In this document: piece by piece, positions 30,646 through 42,300 of the stretch | How positions within the stretch are numbered: position 1 is the first letter of the stretch | Layout of the letters: every line of letters begins with the position of its first letter | Assembly: GCA_963776275.1 (NCBI GenBank) | Contig: CAVZMI010000025.1 | Location: forward strand, 1-64,000 | DNA from: Ignavibacteriota bacterium | GTDB lineage: Bacteria > Bacteroidota > Ignavibacteria > UBA10030 > CAVZMI01 | Length of the DNA: 64,000 nucleotides | Direction: 5' to 3' | The notes under the pieces: generated by a model | Told to the model about the DNA's origin: nothing | The model's database searches: none | The model's input: only the letters and a program-made list of their open reading frames with translations | Translations under genes and position numbers: made by a program

Positions 30646-31611
30646 GTGAACGCCACAACGCCTATCGTCCTGGTCGCGATTGGTGGAAATTCGATCACAC
30701 AGGCGGGCCAGCGAGGTACGATTGCCGAACAGTTCGAGAACATCGAACAAACGTGCGAGCATCTTGTCGGTGTGGTCGAAGAAGGATACAACCTCGTTAT
30801 TACACACGGGAACGGACCTCAGGTAGGCGCGGCGCTTCTGCGCTCGGAACTTGCGCAGCCTCAGGTTTACCCATCGCGGCTGGATGTGTGCGTTGCGGAT
30901 ACACAGGGGAGCATCGGATACATGCTGCAAAGTTCGCTTCAGCGGGTTATGGCACGGCGGAACCTCAGTATTCCTATCGCAACAGTAATCACACAGATGA
31001 TTGTCAATGAAACCGATCCGGCATTTACTCATCCATCAAAGCCGATCGGTCCATTCTATTCATTTGAGGAAGCTGAAAAGAAACGGCAGGAATTTGGATG
31101 GATTATGGTGGAAGATGCAGCGCGGGGATATCGGCGGGTTGTACCGTCACCTTTGCCTGTCGAGGTTGTCGAGATCGATGCAATTCAACGCTGCGTCAAT
31201 GCAGGCATAATTGTCATAGCCGCTGGTGGAGGTGGAATCCCCGTGGTCCGGCGTGAGGACGGGTGGTTCTACGGATTGGAAGCGGTGATCGATAAAGATC
31301 GTGCCTCAGCTCTGTTGGCCAGACAGCTTGGGGCCGCAAGCTTTATCATTTCAACCGACGTCGAGCGTGTCGCACTGCATTATAAAACTTCAAATCAGAA
31401 ACTCCTCGATAGCTTGACGGTCTTGGAAGCTAAAAAATACATGGCGGAAGGACATTTCCCTCCTGGTAGTATGGGGCCGAAGATTGAGGCAGCAATCGAT
31501 TTTCTCGAGCATGGCGGGCGTGAAGTCATTATTACATCCCCGGAAAAATTATTTGCAGCGTTACAACGAAAAGCCGGTACACGGATTACCCTTGAGAGGA
31601 ATGACAAATAA
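30646..31611 (+). CDS. arcC: Carbamate kinase
   Basis: 'AIGGN', 'THGNGPQVG', 'RRVVPSP', 'EAVIDKD', 'GSMGPK'. Confidence 0.96.
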   Translation: MNATTPIVLVAIGGNSITQAGQRGTIAEQFENIEQTCEHLVGVVEEGYNLVITHGNGPQVGAALLRSELAQPQVYPSRLDVCVADTQGSIGYMLQSSLQRVMARRNLSIPIATVITQMIVNETDPAFTHPSKPIGPFYSFEEAEKKRQEFGWIMVEDAARGYRRVVPSPLPVEVVEIDAIQRCVNAGIIVIAAGGGGIPVVRREDGWFYGLEAVIDKDRASALLARQLGAASFIISTDVERVALHYKTSNQKLLDSLTVLEAKKYMAEGHFPPGSMGPKIEAAIDFLEHGGREVIITSPEKLFAALQRKAGTRITLERNDK

Positions 31612-31700
31612 AACTTCATCATGCATCCTCTTCCACGATAGATTAAACACAATTTCTATAGCTTATTCCTTTTCTTAAGCATTCACGAAAATAAATATTT

Positions 31701-32174
31701 TCAATATTGCGACTGGACAACTTTATACCATTCCTGTGGAGAAATTAAGGACTCATCAAACATTTTATAATATTCTTTAGCTTTTTCTTCTCCATACATT
31801 TTTTTAAGGTAAACCAAAATTTCATATTCGCCTTTTGGAATGACTGGATCCATTAAAAATATATAGGTATAAGTGCTATCTTTGTTCATTCGAGTAGGGA
31901 GCAAGACACGTGTTTGTTTGAAAACTTGCTGATCAGAGGGTTTTAAATCAACAGATTTTGCCCATAATATATCCAGTATAAATTTTTCAAATACTTCACG
32001 TTTATCTTGTTTAATATGATTTAACATGACCCATACAGTATCTCCTTTAGAAGCTCGTATGTTTGTATTTGATAAGGTAGTAGGGGTTTGATCCTTTTTA
32101 TCGTTTGTGCACGTGAAAAACATTAAACTGAAAAGGATAATAAGTACACCCAATAAATAGTGTGTTGTCTTCAT
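31701..32174 (-). CDS. Hypothetical exported protein (AT-rich)
   Basis: Hydrophobic N-terminus ending in Cys (possible lipoprotein); AAGGA RBS; visibly AT-rich. Confidence 0.6.
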   Translation of the reverse strand: MKTTHYLLGVLIILFSLMFFTCTNDKKDQTPTTLSNTNIRASKGDTVWVMLNHIKQDKREVFEKFILDILWAKSVDLKPSDQQVFKQTRVLLPTRMNKDSTYTYIFLMDPVIPKGEYEILVYLKKMYGEEKAKEYYKMFDESLISPQEWYKVVQSQY

Positions 32175-32253
32175 ATCTTTTTCCTTTCTAAGATTAATAG
32201 AATGCAATGAAGAATCCCGATGTTCTGTAAGGCTTTTATGATGTCCTAAGGAG

Positions 32254-32997
32254 CTACTCCCAGCGGAAGAACCTGACCGTGATGATGCCGGCTACAACTA
32301 CCCAGCCGGCCAGGACGCCTAGCCGCCACAAATCGTGCACAGGGACTCCATAGACGATATCCCTCAGAATCGTGTTTATCGGCGTAAGGGGCAGGGCATA
32401 AGCGATCGGACGAATCCAGGCAGGCAATATGGATATAGGCAGGAATATCTCGGAGAGCATCAGCATCGGCGTGAATACTGACCAGATGATGATATTTGCT
32501 GCACGAAACGACGGGGCAATACTGCCGACGGCGCTGCCTATGGCGAGAAAGGTGATCATCCCCAAAAATGTCACCCCGATAAAAACGGCCCACGAGCCGA
32601 GAACCTGGATATTGAAGAAGATTTTACCGACAACGAACAGGACAAGTATCCCAACTACAACGAAAACCAAATTGCTGATGGAGAAGCTCAAAGCAAGTGT
32701 TGATGTTTTCACTGGAGTTACCCGCAGCCTCCTGAGGACAGCGGTCTCCCTGTAGGTGGTCATGGTTAAGGGCACACCGATGAAAGAAGCACTAAGGATG
32801 GCAATCCCAATGGCTCCGGGGAGAAGAAAATTGGCGTAATTTAGTCCCTCATAGCCAGAGCCGGGTATAGGCTCCTTAAAGATTACCGCGTTGAAAACCA
32901 GCCAGAGTGCGGGGAAGGCAAGTGACCAGAAGACCATCATCGGGTCCCTCAGGTTGAGTTTGAACTCAGTCCATGCAAGCTGCACTAGGCCTCTCAT
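32254..32997 (-). CDS. ABC-2 type exporter permease
   Basis: Six TM segments; 'YRETAVLRRLRVTP', 'LPLT', C-terminal 'RFFRWE'. Confidence 0.9.
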   Translation of the reverse strand: MRGLVQLAWTEFKLNLRDPMMVFWSLAFPALWLVFNAVIFKEPIPGSGYEGLNYANFLLPGAIGIAILSASFIGVPLTMTTYRETAVLRRLRVTPVKTSTLALSFSISNLVFVVVGILVLFVVGKIFFNIQVLGSWAVFIGVTFLGMITFLAIGSAVGSIAPSFRAANIIIWSVFTPMLMLSEIFLPISILPAWIRPIAYALPLTPINTILRDIVYGVPVHDLWRLGVLAGWVVVAGIITVRFFRWE

Positions 32998-33917
32998 TCC
33001 CTTAACTCCCTTCCCGTAAGAGTAAGAAACACGTCATCCATATTTGGAATCTCGGTACGTATGTTGCTTAACCGTAATTTTTGCCCATCTGTGAACCTGA
33101 GCAACTCCTGGAGAGTAACACTAACATCGCTAGTATACAGGATAAAACCATCCTCAACCTTTTCCACCCGTCTTACCGGCGGCAGCCCCTTGAATTCGGC
33201 GGCTGCTACTTCTTTACCCTCTACCCTGAAGAGCACCTTGGACTCGGCACCTAGATTCCTGACAAGGTTCCGGGGGGTATCCAGGGCAATAATCTTCCCG
33301 TAGTCAATAACGCCTACTCGATCGCACAGTGCCTCGGCTTCCTCCATATAATGAGTTGTAAGAAAGATGGTTTTTCCCTGACTCCTTATATCTTTCACGA
33401 GTGCCCACATATTCCTTCGCGCCTGTGGGTCTAGACCGGTAGTAATCTCATCGAAAAAAAGCACCGACGGATTGTTTACCAAAGACAGGGCTATAGCCAC
33501 TCTCTGTTTCTGTCCACCAGAAAGCTTTCTAAAGCGACTGTCCGCCTTGTTTTCCAAGGAGAGAGTTTTGAGGAGTTCCTCAGGATTGGGAAGAGGCCGC
33601 CAGTATAGACTGGCAAAGAGCTTTATGGCCTCCTTAACCTTGATATTGGGCTGGATGGAGGTTGTCTGGAGCTGAACGCCTATCTTCTCCTTGAGTTCAT
33701 CAGCCTCTTTGGTTGGGTCCAGCCCGAGCACCCTGATGGAACCGCTGTCCGGTGTTCTCAGGCTTTCAATCATCTCGATGAGGGTTGTCTTGCCAGCCCC
33801 ATTCGGCCCTACCAGACCGAATATCTCCCCTTTTTCGATGCTGAGGCCGACATCATTGACGGCGACAATATCCCCGTAGTGCTTGACGACATGCTCGCAT
33901 TCAATAATGATACTCAT
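32994..33917 (-). CDS. ABC exporter ATP-binding protein
   Basis: 'GPNGAGKTT', 'LSGGQKQR', 'DEITTGLDP', 'TTHYMEEA'. Confidence 0.95.
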   Translation of the reverse strand: MSIIIECEHVVKHYGDIVAVNDVGLSIEKGEIFGLVGPNGAGKTTLIEMIESLRTPDSGSIRVLGLDPTKEADELKEKIGVQLQTTSIQPNIKVKEAIKLFASLYWRPLPNPEELLKTLSLENKADSRFRKLSGGQKQRVAIALSLVNNPSVLFFDEITTGLDPQARRNMWALVKDIRSQGKTIFLTTHYMEEAEALCDRVGVIDYGKIIALDTPRNLVRNLGAESKVLFRVEGKEVAAAEFKGLPPVRRVEKVEDGFILYTSDVSVTLQELLRFTDGQKLRLSNIRTEIPNMDDVFLTLTGRELRE

Positions 33918-34370
33918 TTTAGACCTCCAGTATAGCACAGATTTGAAAACGACTATCAAAGATGCCGGATGAAATCTGTGTTTACAGTATTAGTTCCATG
34001 GAGGATACATCCAGGCTATTTCAGACATTCTTCTGTATATAGAAGAAAGCCTAACGGATGGCGGCTCCGCCTACGTAAATAATACTCCGGTGGATAAATA
34101 AGCTGCGCCGCTGAATATTTCCAATATACACAAAATGAAACAAGTTCAATACATATTTTATAAAATAACAAGTATTTCACTATTGTCATAAATACAACGT
34201 GAATACTTATAAGCTTCACTTATTGATGATTGGAGCGGTTTCATTCGAAAGCTATTGTTTTTCTTTAAAAATTCCTTATTTTAAATAAATTATATATAGT
34301 GGAGCGCTTAAACGAATCCGGTCCAGGAAGGAGCAGGATGGATTCCAGGAAATGTCATTAAAACGGAGAT

Positions 34371-35519
34371 TTGCCCATGATAGAATTCGAGTTCACCGAA
34401 GAACAAAAAATGCTTCGGGAGACTGTCAGAGAATTTACCAACGCTGAAATCAAGCCTATCGCCCGGAAAATCGATGAAGAAGAACATATCCCCGAGGAAT
34501 TGATTAAAAAGTTGGGGGAAATGGGGTTGATGGGTGCGGTCTTCCCGGCAGAATATGGAGGAGGGGGATTCGGTGAAGTTGGCTACTGCATCATCCAGGA
34601 AGAAATATCTCGGGGGTGTTCATCTACTGCGGCCCTCATCGGGGCACATCAATCGATCGGAGCCAATGCGATTTATGTCGGCGGGAGCGAACAACTGAAA
34701 AAGAAATATCTGGTGCCGCTTGCAGAAGGGAAAATGATCGGCGCTTTTGCACTCACAGAAGCACTTGCCGGTTCGGATTCGTTCAACCTGCGTACACGGG
34801 CAAAACTCGATGGAAATGAGTGGGTCATCAACGGAGAGAAACTCTGGATTACCAACGGAGGGATAGCCGATGTGGTATCAATGTTTGCCCGGACTGAACG
34901 CGGAATCACGGGATTTGTCGTTGATACAAAGACTCCCGGTTTTTCCTCAGGACCGCCGGAGAAGAAAATGGGTATCCGCGGCAGTCATACATCGGCCCTT
35001 ACATTCGATAATGTCCGAATCCCAAAAGAGAATATCATCGGCGATGATGGAAGAGGATTTCTAATTGCAATGAAGACACTTGATGCAGGACGGCTGGGAT
35101 TGGGAGCAGCATGTGTTGGAGTTGGACGGGAATTACTCGTACTTTCGACGAAATACGCAAAAGAGCGAAAACAGTTCGATGAACCGATAGGTCACTTTCA
35201 GGCGGTTCAATTCATGCTTGCCGATATTGCTGTAGCGATATATGCCATGGAATCAATGGTGTACCGTACTGCAGCGATGTACGATGCCGGGAAGTCGGTT
35301 TCGCGCCAATCGGCCACAGTGAAACTCTTCTGCTCTGAAGCAGTCGATAAAATCGTCGATCTGGCTGTCCAGATCCATGGTGGAATGGGATATTCGCGTG
35401 AGCTGCCTATTGAACGCTTTTATCGGGATTCCAGGATCAACAGAATTTTTGAAGGGACCAGTGAAATCCAGCGTCTGGTTATCGCTAAAGATGTTTTAAA
35501 GAAAAATGGGGTGCTGTAA
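34371..35519 (+). CDS. Acyl-CoA dehydrogenase
   Basis: 'FALTEA.AGSD', 'NGEKLWITN', 'KMGIRGS', 'QIHGGMG', 'IFEGTSEIQR'. Confidence 0.95.
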   Translation: MPMIEFEFTEEQKMLRETVREFTNAEIKPIARKIDEEEHIPEELIKKLGEMGLMGAVFPAEYGGGGFGEVGYCIIQEEISRGCSSTAALIGAHQSIGANAIYVGGSEQLKKKYLVPLAEGKMIGAFALTEALAGSDSFNLRTRAKLDGNEWVINGEKLWITNGGIADVVSMFARTERGITGFVVDTKTPGFSSGPPEKKMGIRGSHTSALTFDNVRIPKENIIGDDGRGFLIAMKTLDAGRLGLGAACVGVGRELLVLSTKYAKERKQFDEPIGHFQAVQFMLADIAVAIYAMESMVYRTAAMYDAGKSVSRQSATVKLFCSEAVDKIVDLAVQIHGGMGYSRELPIERFYRDSRINRIFEGTSEIQRLVIAKDVLKKNGVL

Positions 35520-35544
35520 CTTATCCTTTGTTGTAGTATCCATG

Positions 35545-35582
35545 AAAAGGCCCGAAGTCAATCCACACACTCCGGGCTTTTT
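35545..35582. terminator. Bidirectional terminator
   Basis: AAAAGGCCCG...CGGGCTTTTT. Confidence 0.7.
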
Positions 35583-35597
35583 AGTCATCAGATTTTA

Positions 35598-35715
35598 TCA
35601 CCAATACTGGTGCATGTTAGGACGAGCATATCGATCGTACACCTCACGAATTGCCGACATTGTTGTGTCCGATAACGGAGGTAGATCTATCGCTTTCAAA
35701 TTTTCTTCTACAATT
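35598..35715 (-). pseudogene. C-terminal remnant of an aldo/keto reductase
   Basis: 'VEENLKAIDLPPLS...IREVYDRY..P.MHQYW*' resembles AKR C-termini; no N-terminal portion upstream. Confidence 0.5.
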
Positions 35716-35792
35716 ATTTTTATTCTCCCTCTCACCTTTTTTAATTTTTTCTTCCCAGTCGCCATTTCTATTGTCCTACTCATCCTAACTAG

Positions 35793-35923
35793 CCTCGGGA
35801 GCAACCCGCTCCGCCGAGCGTCCGCCTCGGCGAGCCGAAGGCGAGACGGGGAGCGAGGCGAGAGCTCCCTCAGAACGGGCTGTATAAAAAGAGCATGTTA
35901 CGAGGGAGGTTCTCCTCCCGAGG
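35793..35923. repeat. GC-rich nested inverted-repeat element (REP/MITE-like)
   Basis: Terminal CCTCGGGAG/CTCCCGAGG; inner CTCCCTC/GAGGGAG, CGCCGAG/CTCGGCG and GCCGAAGGC hairpins. Confidence 0.6.
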
Positions 35924-35993
35924 GATAATAAACCTCTTAACAATAAACAAAATTTTTTACCTTCTATGTAAAAAAGCTATTCAACTCTTCTTC

Positions 35994-38265
35994 TTAATGC
36001 ACCGTATGAATTTTCGGTGCAGATGGCTTCGATCTGTTGCCATCTTTCGCATAATATTGAACCTGATAGTAGTACGTTTCACCCCGGGCAAGGTGTTCAT
36101 CTTTGAATTTGTTTTCCCGAATGATCGGACTTATTTGATGATAGCCGGAATCGAACTTTTTACTGCGAAATACTACAAAGCCAAGATATTCATCATTGTA
36201 GCTCGGATCCCAGGTGAGAGTCATCGTACATTGGGTGGTGTCTACAATTTGCAGGTTCATCGGTAGAGCCGGAAGATGTCGATCATAAGCGAAAGTCCCG
36301 ATCTCGGGCGAAGGATTACCCGGGTTGCCCATGTAATCAACTCCTCTGACCCGGTACCAGTAGTTTGTCTTCGGACTTATATCCTTTGTATCCAGAAATG
36401 AAAACATGGAGTCGGCCCAATTGCTCGTAGCCGGGATAAGTCTGCATCCTACTGTCGATGGATCAGGAACGGCAAGGTCGGGGCTGACTTTTTCCCACAG
36501 TCCGGCCGGATCGTTCGCACGTTCGACAATGAACCCAAAAAGATCCTGAATCGGCGGTGAAACCCATTGAACAAGTATCGCCTTATCGCGTGCATAAAGA
36601 CCGGCTATCACCGGTGCAGACGGCCGGCCGGTCTTTCAAGCGGTCACAAACACTATCGGACATGACACTCAGGTTCTGGCTTTTATCGTATGCTCTCATT
36701 GCATACCTGTAACATATCGGCGAACCTTTGGGGACACTGCGGTCGGGGTACTTCCGCGCACCGGCGCTGTCGATATTACCAATAAGTGCAAGATTGTACG
36801 GACGACAATATATTCTAATCAGTCGCCAGCCTACCCCTGGAGGTCTATTCTCTGTTAACTCGACTGAGTCTCTTCTAAAACCAGTGGTCAAGTGCGTCAT
36901 AGTTTGCTGTTTATCATTCCGAAAAACATAGACCGTTTCACATCCGCAAATCCCACGATAGATATAAAAGCCGGCCAGATCGGCATCTGAGGGCGGATTC
37001 CATCGAAGCAGAATTGAATCTTCGTACGCATCTGTCGTTAATCCCGTCGGTCGGTTAGGAGGGAACGGATCCTTGAAAAATCCTGAAACCGGAGCCGATT
37101 TGTTACTAAAATTATGTACCGGGATCGCACTATCTTCGCAACAGACACGATACCAGTATGTTGTCTCAGGTTGAATAGACGGCATGGAGTCAACAAAATT
37201 GACGTTAGTCACAGTATCAGCCGGTCTGGGGACACTACCTGCTAAAATTCCATGTGTGTCTTCAGTTGAATTCACAAAACTAATGTAGCGGTAAATTGAA
37301 TATTTCTGAACTCGTTCAGGTCGTCTCACGATGTCCGTATCTATTTTTGCCCAGGTGAGCCTCAGTCCCAGTGTGAGTGGTTGAACCATTATTCCCGCAG
37401 GTGTCTGAGGGGGAGTCATATCGCGGGGTGTCGCAGAGACGATGTGGCTCGCGCTGCCAAGGCGCCCTAGAAGATCGGCTGCCTGTACTTTATAATAATA
37501 CGTTGTGTTATTCACACACAGGGTATCCAGAAATCCCGGTTTATGAACGAGCATAGTATCGTTTGTGATTGGGTTATGCTTGAATAATCCTGAAGTACCC
37601 GATGGCGATGTTATTCGACCGAAGGGCCCGCCAAGAGCTGTTGATCGAAAGACATGATAAGCGATTGCGTTCTCCATTTTCCCCCATGTTATAAAGACGA
37701 GGGTATCACCGGCTTCGGCTGTTGTTGATGGTGGTGCCGGAAGAAGTTCAACCTCTCCGGCTTTGACTTTAAGATCGGATTTTAAAATTTTCTCGACTCC
37801 ATCCTTCACCGATTTGATCATATAAAAATACGTCTGTCCGGAAACCACGCCATGATCTTCATACGCTATTCCCCGTACCTCCGCTATTTTATAATAACGA
37901 AGCGCAAGTGCACTTCTCGCTTTAAACCAGTCCTTCTTCTTGTCGCTGTTAGCCCCGTTGATCTCACAGCTTGTTATGTGCAGTGTTTTAGAAATAGCAG
38001 TCGCCTCGGGAGAATGGCTAGGAATCACAGTGTTGATCTGAGTACAATCAGTGAGGGGAATGATAAGAAAAGGGTTAATTTTTAAATATGTACCGCCGTC
38101 TGTTTTTCGATAGATATTGAATCCATCGATCTTTCCCATTTCATCCCATGAGAGTAGAACGAAGTCGGTCTGGACAGTTGCTTTGAACATAAATTCTTCT
38201 GCTGAGAGGGTATTGACCCCCGAGAAGAATAGTATATAAATAAAAAGAATCAGCTTGGTTCTCAT
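35994..38265 (-). CDS. Secreted multi-FnIII domain protein (apparent indel near 36625 joins ORFs 36583-38316 and 35994-36611)
   Basis: GGAGGAG RBS before MRTK; signal peptide; serial FnIII motifs such as 'PRDMTPPQTP', 'DPFPPNRP', 'LRWNP..DADLAGFYIYR'. Confidence 0.8.
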
Positions 38266-38419
38266 TTCTCCTCCTAGTACCCATACAATTAAATGATTGA
38301 ACAGTATCTGCATCACATTTCTCCAACTAAACCTTTTTTCTTTACAGCGATTGTTTTCTATGATCTATAATGGTACTGTGTGCCCTTGTTTGAATGTCTA
38401 ATTATTGTATGTAGTGGCA

Positions 38420-39301
38420 CTAGTGAATTTTTTGCCTGAAGGCGACGAATAAACCTGTCACTCTTGGTACAATTGCGTGTAGACATGTTCTACATATCGT
38501 GATCATTTCGCTTTTATCATCTCTTATTGATGTATCTTTGAAAGATTGATCATACCAGCAGCACTCCCAAGCGAGAGTGTGGATCGCAATAACAGGGTCG
38601 CAAGCAGGGAGAGGGGCCCGAGCAAAGCTGTCGCACGTAGCATCAAAGTTGTCATACCAATGTGTAGAGTCAGCGATCCAGTCCTCGATTTTACCATGAT
38701 AAGTGGCCTGCCAGATATCAGCAGCGGGATCTAGATAATTTTTTTCATTGTGTGGAGGAAATCCAACGTCTTCGAGATAGTGGGCAGCCATTGCCAGGTA
38801 CGAATATGCTATCCTGCGTCTGCCTGCCTTATATTCTCTCACGGCAGTGTTAAAGAAAAATTTGCACATTCCATCGGCAAATCCGCCGCCCGCAGGTATG
38901 TACATATGTCCGAATAAAGCACCCATTGCTTTTGTAGGTGAGTCAAAATCGTCTGGTCTCCTGGATTTATTGAAAAATATAGCCGAATCGGACTCACCCA
39001 TATGTACTGTATCGCACGCGTTGATATTAAAGTCTGCCCCTGAGGCCGCGGCAAAAACCGTCAAAAGAAACCCGTTTATATCATAACCTTTAAGCCCGAG
39101 TGTGTTTTGAACCGAGTCGAGATTCCATACTACTGTAAAAATAGAATCACCCGAATCACCAACGGAAGGCGATAATCCCGAATATCTCCATGCCCAGTAT
39201 GTAATCCTGCTGTGAGTCAGACGACTCCATCCAAATCCATTGTCGGAAGCGACGAGGAGCAAAAAGATAATTAAGAGGAGCTGTTTATAAAATGTTCTCA
39301 T
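38420..39301 (-). CDS. Secreted Zn-dependent phospholipase C / S1-P1 nuclease superfamily protein
   Basis: Signal peptide then mature W-S-x3-H; 'RPDDFD', 'GHMY', 'HYLEDVGFPPH', 'YHGKIE' supply the trinuclear-Zn ligand set. Confidence 0.8.
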   Translation of the reverse strand: MRTFYKQLLLIIFLLLVASDNGFGWSRLTHSRITYWAWRYSGLSPSVGDSGDSIFTVVWNLDSVQNTLGLKGYDINGFLLTVFAAASGADFNINACDTVHMGESDSAIFFNKSRRPDDFDSPTKAMGALFGHMYIPAGGGFADGMCKFFFNTAVREYKAGRRRIAYSYLAMAAHYLEDVGFPPHNEKNYLDPAADIWQATYHGKIEDWIADSTHWYDNFDATCDSFARAPLPACDPVIAIHTLAWECCWYDQSFKDTSIRDDKSEMITICRTCLHAIVPRVTGLFVAFRQKIH

Positions 39302-39312
39302 TGTAATTCTCC

Positions 39313-42300
39313 TTAATTCGTCTTGATGCCGTTTGTACCAATACAGACGCTACCTGACCATCCGAAACAGATAAGGTCCCAACAGCAACAGACATCAATA
39401 CCTGCTGCGCCGCAGAGCGAAAAACGAGGTGGAATAGCTGACACATCCAAAGCACCTCCCAGCTCGGCCCACAGTGATGCGGAGAGGAGTCCGTAAAGAA
39501 CTTCGCCCGTAATTTCAACTCCGGCATTTCCCACAATAATAAAACTTGAGGAATTAGTAATATAGAAACAACCCGCTCCACCCCAAACCCAACAACCGCC
39601 GTCGATTATTCCCAGGTCAAGGGTTCCGCCGAATTTACCGCCTCCGTAAAACCCCGTAAGCCTGGCATCCGATGCAACTCCGAGACTGGTAAGGACTTTG
39701 TTCGCGGTAAGACTTTTCCCTATTTTATCTAAAGCCCATAATTGACCTCGTGGTGCATTAAGAGCTACGACTAAGGCTCCTTCCGCCTTCATACCACTTC
39801 CAAAAAAGTAAATCCATGTTTTGGCGTAACCCTCGAAGTAGAACGAAGGGTTCGGTGGATAGCCTACACCAAAAGAAAACTGACCTTCCGCACCGACCTG
39901 GACCGGAAAAGTATTGAAATTACCGAAAATATCTCCCTGCAATCCTGTTGTCGACGCGGTGAATTTAATACCGGCCATTCCTTGCAGACCCGCAACACGG
40001 ACAAGAGTCATGGAAATCCCTGCAACGGTACCCAATGTAAGGCTAGTCGGTGTAATTTCAACTGTCATCAGACCGTTTATTTGCATGGCCGCCCCAATTC
40101 CCAGCCATCCTACATCACCCGACATTTCCATTGGCCCTTCGATATAAATTCTCTCGAGCTTGTCGCCGATGATTTGTATACTTCCTCCAATGGGTCCGAG
40201 TGTTATACTGCCGACTGCACCCGTTAATAATACATCCGAGGCACTGGCTCCGGCACCCTCTTCCATTTCACCTGAACAGTAATAAATGTTCGACGCAATG
40301 GAGCTCATATCCATCAAGGATGCAATCGTGCCGTCGAGTTGACCAAGTAGTTTAACCTGCCCTCTACCCTGAAATCCATCCTGGTCAAGACTATCATAAC
40401 AGACAACGGAAAAATTCATATCTGCTCTTCCGGATCCCCAGTTACGCTGGACTGCAAAATAGTCCGGTGTTATTCGAACATAGCGCAAATTATATGGGGT
40501 CTCGGGACGATCGGGATACTTATAATCCCTGATGGTAACGGTTCTACTTCCCCAGAATGGGAAATGAACGTCTCCTTCCACTTCAAGATATCCGAGGAGA
40601 GGATGTCCTTCGGCTAATGCCGGTATCGGATTATAGCGGGAGAGCGACGCGTTATGAATCGTGAAAGGAAATCCATCGAACTTCTGATTCCCTGAATTAT
40701 AGTTGAAGAAGAAATTTCCGAGGTTTCCATCGGCACGCATCTCGCCCCAATAAATATTGAAGCCCAATGCAAAATGTCTCGGTTCTGTAATCATGGCATC
40801 GGTGTACAAAATCTCACCGGTCCGAACGCTCACGACACCCCATTTCGAAGTGATTCCGACCCCCCAATAATCGAGAGTAATGGTATCGGCAAAAACGGGG
40901 TTGCCGCCAACGCAGGCGCCAGTTGATGTAAATCCCATATCGTAGAAAGGTATCTTCACACCGACCACTGCCGGTCCGCACGGGTATGGAATTGTAATGT
41001 CACCTTTGAAATACATATCGTAGACGGCATTATGCACAAAATCGACGATTACAGTATCTTTAAACTCGGTAGCAAACGTACTATCCGATTTATATCCGGG
41101 AGTACCCGGTTGACCAAGTCTACATTGAATATCCAGTATTTCTTTTGGATTGCCGAAGAGATAAATGTCGCCCACTCCACCTTGAGTGACAATATTTAAC
41201 CACCCATGAGGTCGCTTTACCCAGAAGCGAGGATGAACATCCTTGGAACTGATCATCAACGAATCGATATTTTTTCGGTAGATGGTCAGACCCGGTAACG
41301 GCATGGTATCGAGGATACTCTCTATAGTGCTGCGGTTATAAGTGCTCCTATCGAAATAGAGAGGAGCAATCGGCACCGGCGCAGCCGGCAGGAAAAAGTT
41401 CCCTTTTCTTACGGCGAGCGCGTATGATTCGCTCAATATAATTTTGCTGTGAAGTGTATCGATGACACCGGTAATATTGAGTAATGAATCAACCTTGAAA
41501 GAATTAAAATGAAACGGGATCGGACTACCCCCGTCACTTTTCACGCCGGGCGGTAATTCGCCGGCGACTGCAAACGAACCCTCCCTGACCATTCCGTTTT
41601 CTATCTGTAAGGAACCGCCATGAAGAAAAATATAGTATGCAAGTGGTGCAAGAGTCATATACTTTCTTACACTGTCTAGAACCAGTTTTGTATTGAGCCC
41701 GGAGGATCTGACAGTTGCATTTGTAAATCTATAACTTCCATAAAGAAAACCGACGTTCGATGTGTCAATCGATGAATGAGCTATAGTACTGCCGCTCTTC
41801 AATACAACTCCACGCCAGGCCGGTAGCATCGGAGGAAGATCAGGTCCTGCGGGCACCATCCATGATGTGGAGAAATCGGCAACAAAACCGGTTCCTCCGA
41901 AAACGATTCCCGTATTGTCCATCACCCATGGGCCGAACGTGCTGTCGTATAATTCCTTATGAAATTGGCATGATGAGTTAATTGAAATTGTTCCAAGATT
42001 GACGTGCCCCGGCCGGCATTCAGAAAGATCGACGATCGACGGTGGAAATTCTAATTCGGCTTGAGCCGTTGCAGCGGTGGGTGCAAGGAGCAGACTGTCG
42101 ATGTACACCTTGAAGCCTGCGATGGACAATGTAATGCGATCGGGAGTCGGTGGCACTGTCGGATAGTGTGCCGTCCCCTCAAGGACTTTCCCGACCTTCG
42201 AGTGAGCAACAGGTTCGATGGTGAGATTTTCGAAACGGACTTTAATAGTACCCTTGGGTTTTCCAAGAAGGTCGATTAAATCTCTTTTTCCCTTTAGCAA

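Noticed and set aside
34068-34110. Integron attC site (GCCTAAC core)
   Set aside because: No matching GTTAGGC/GTTRRRY arm at a suitable distance and no integron integrase.
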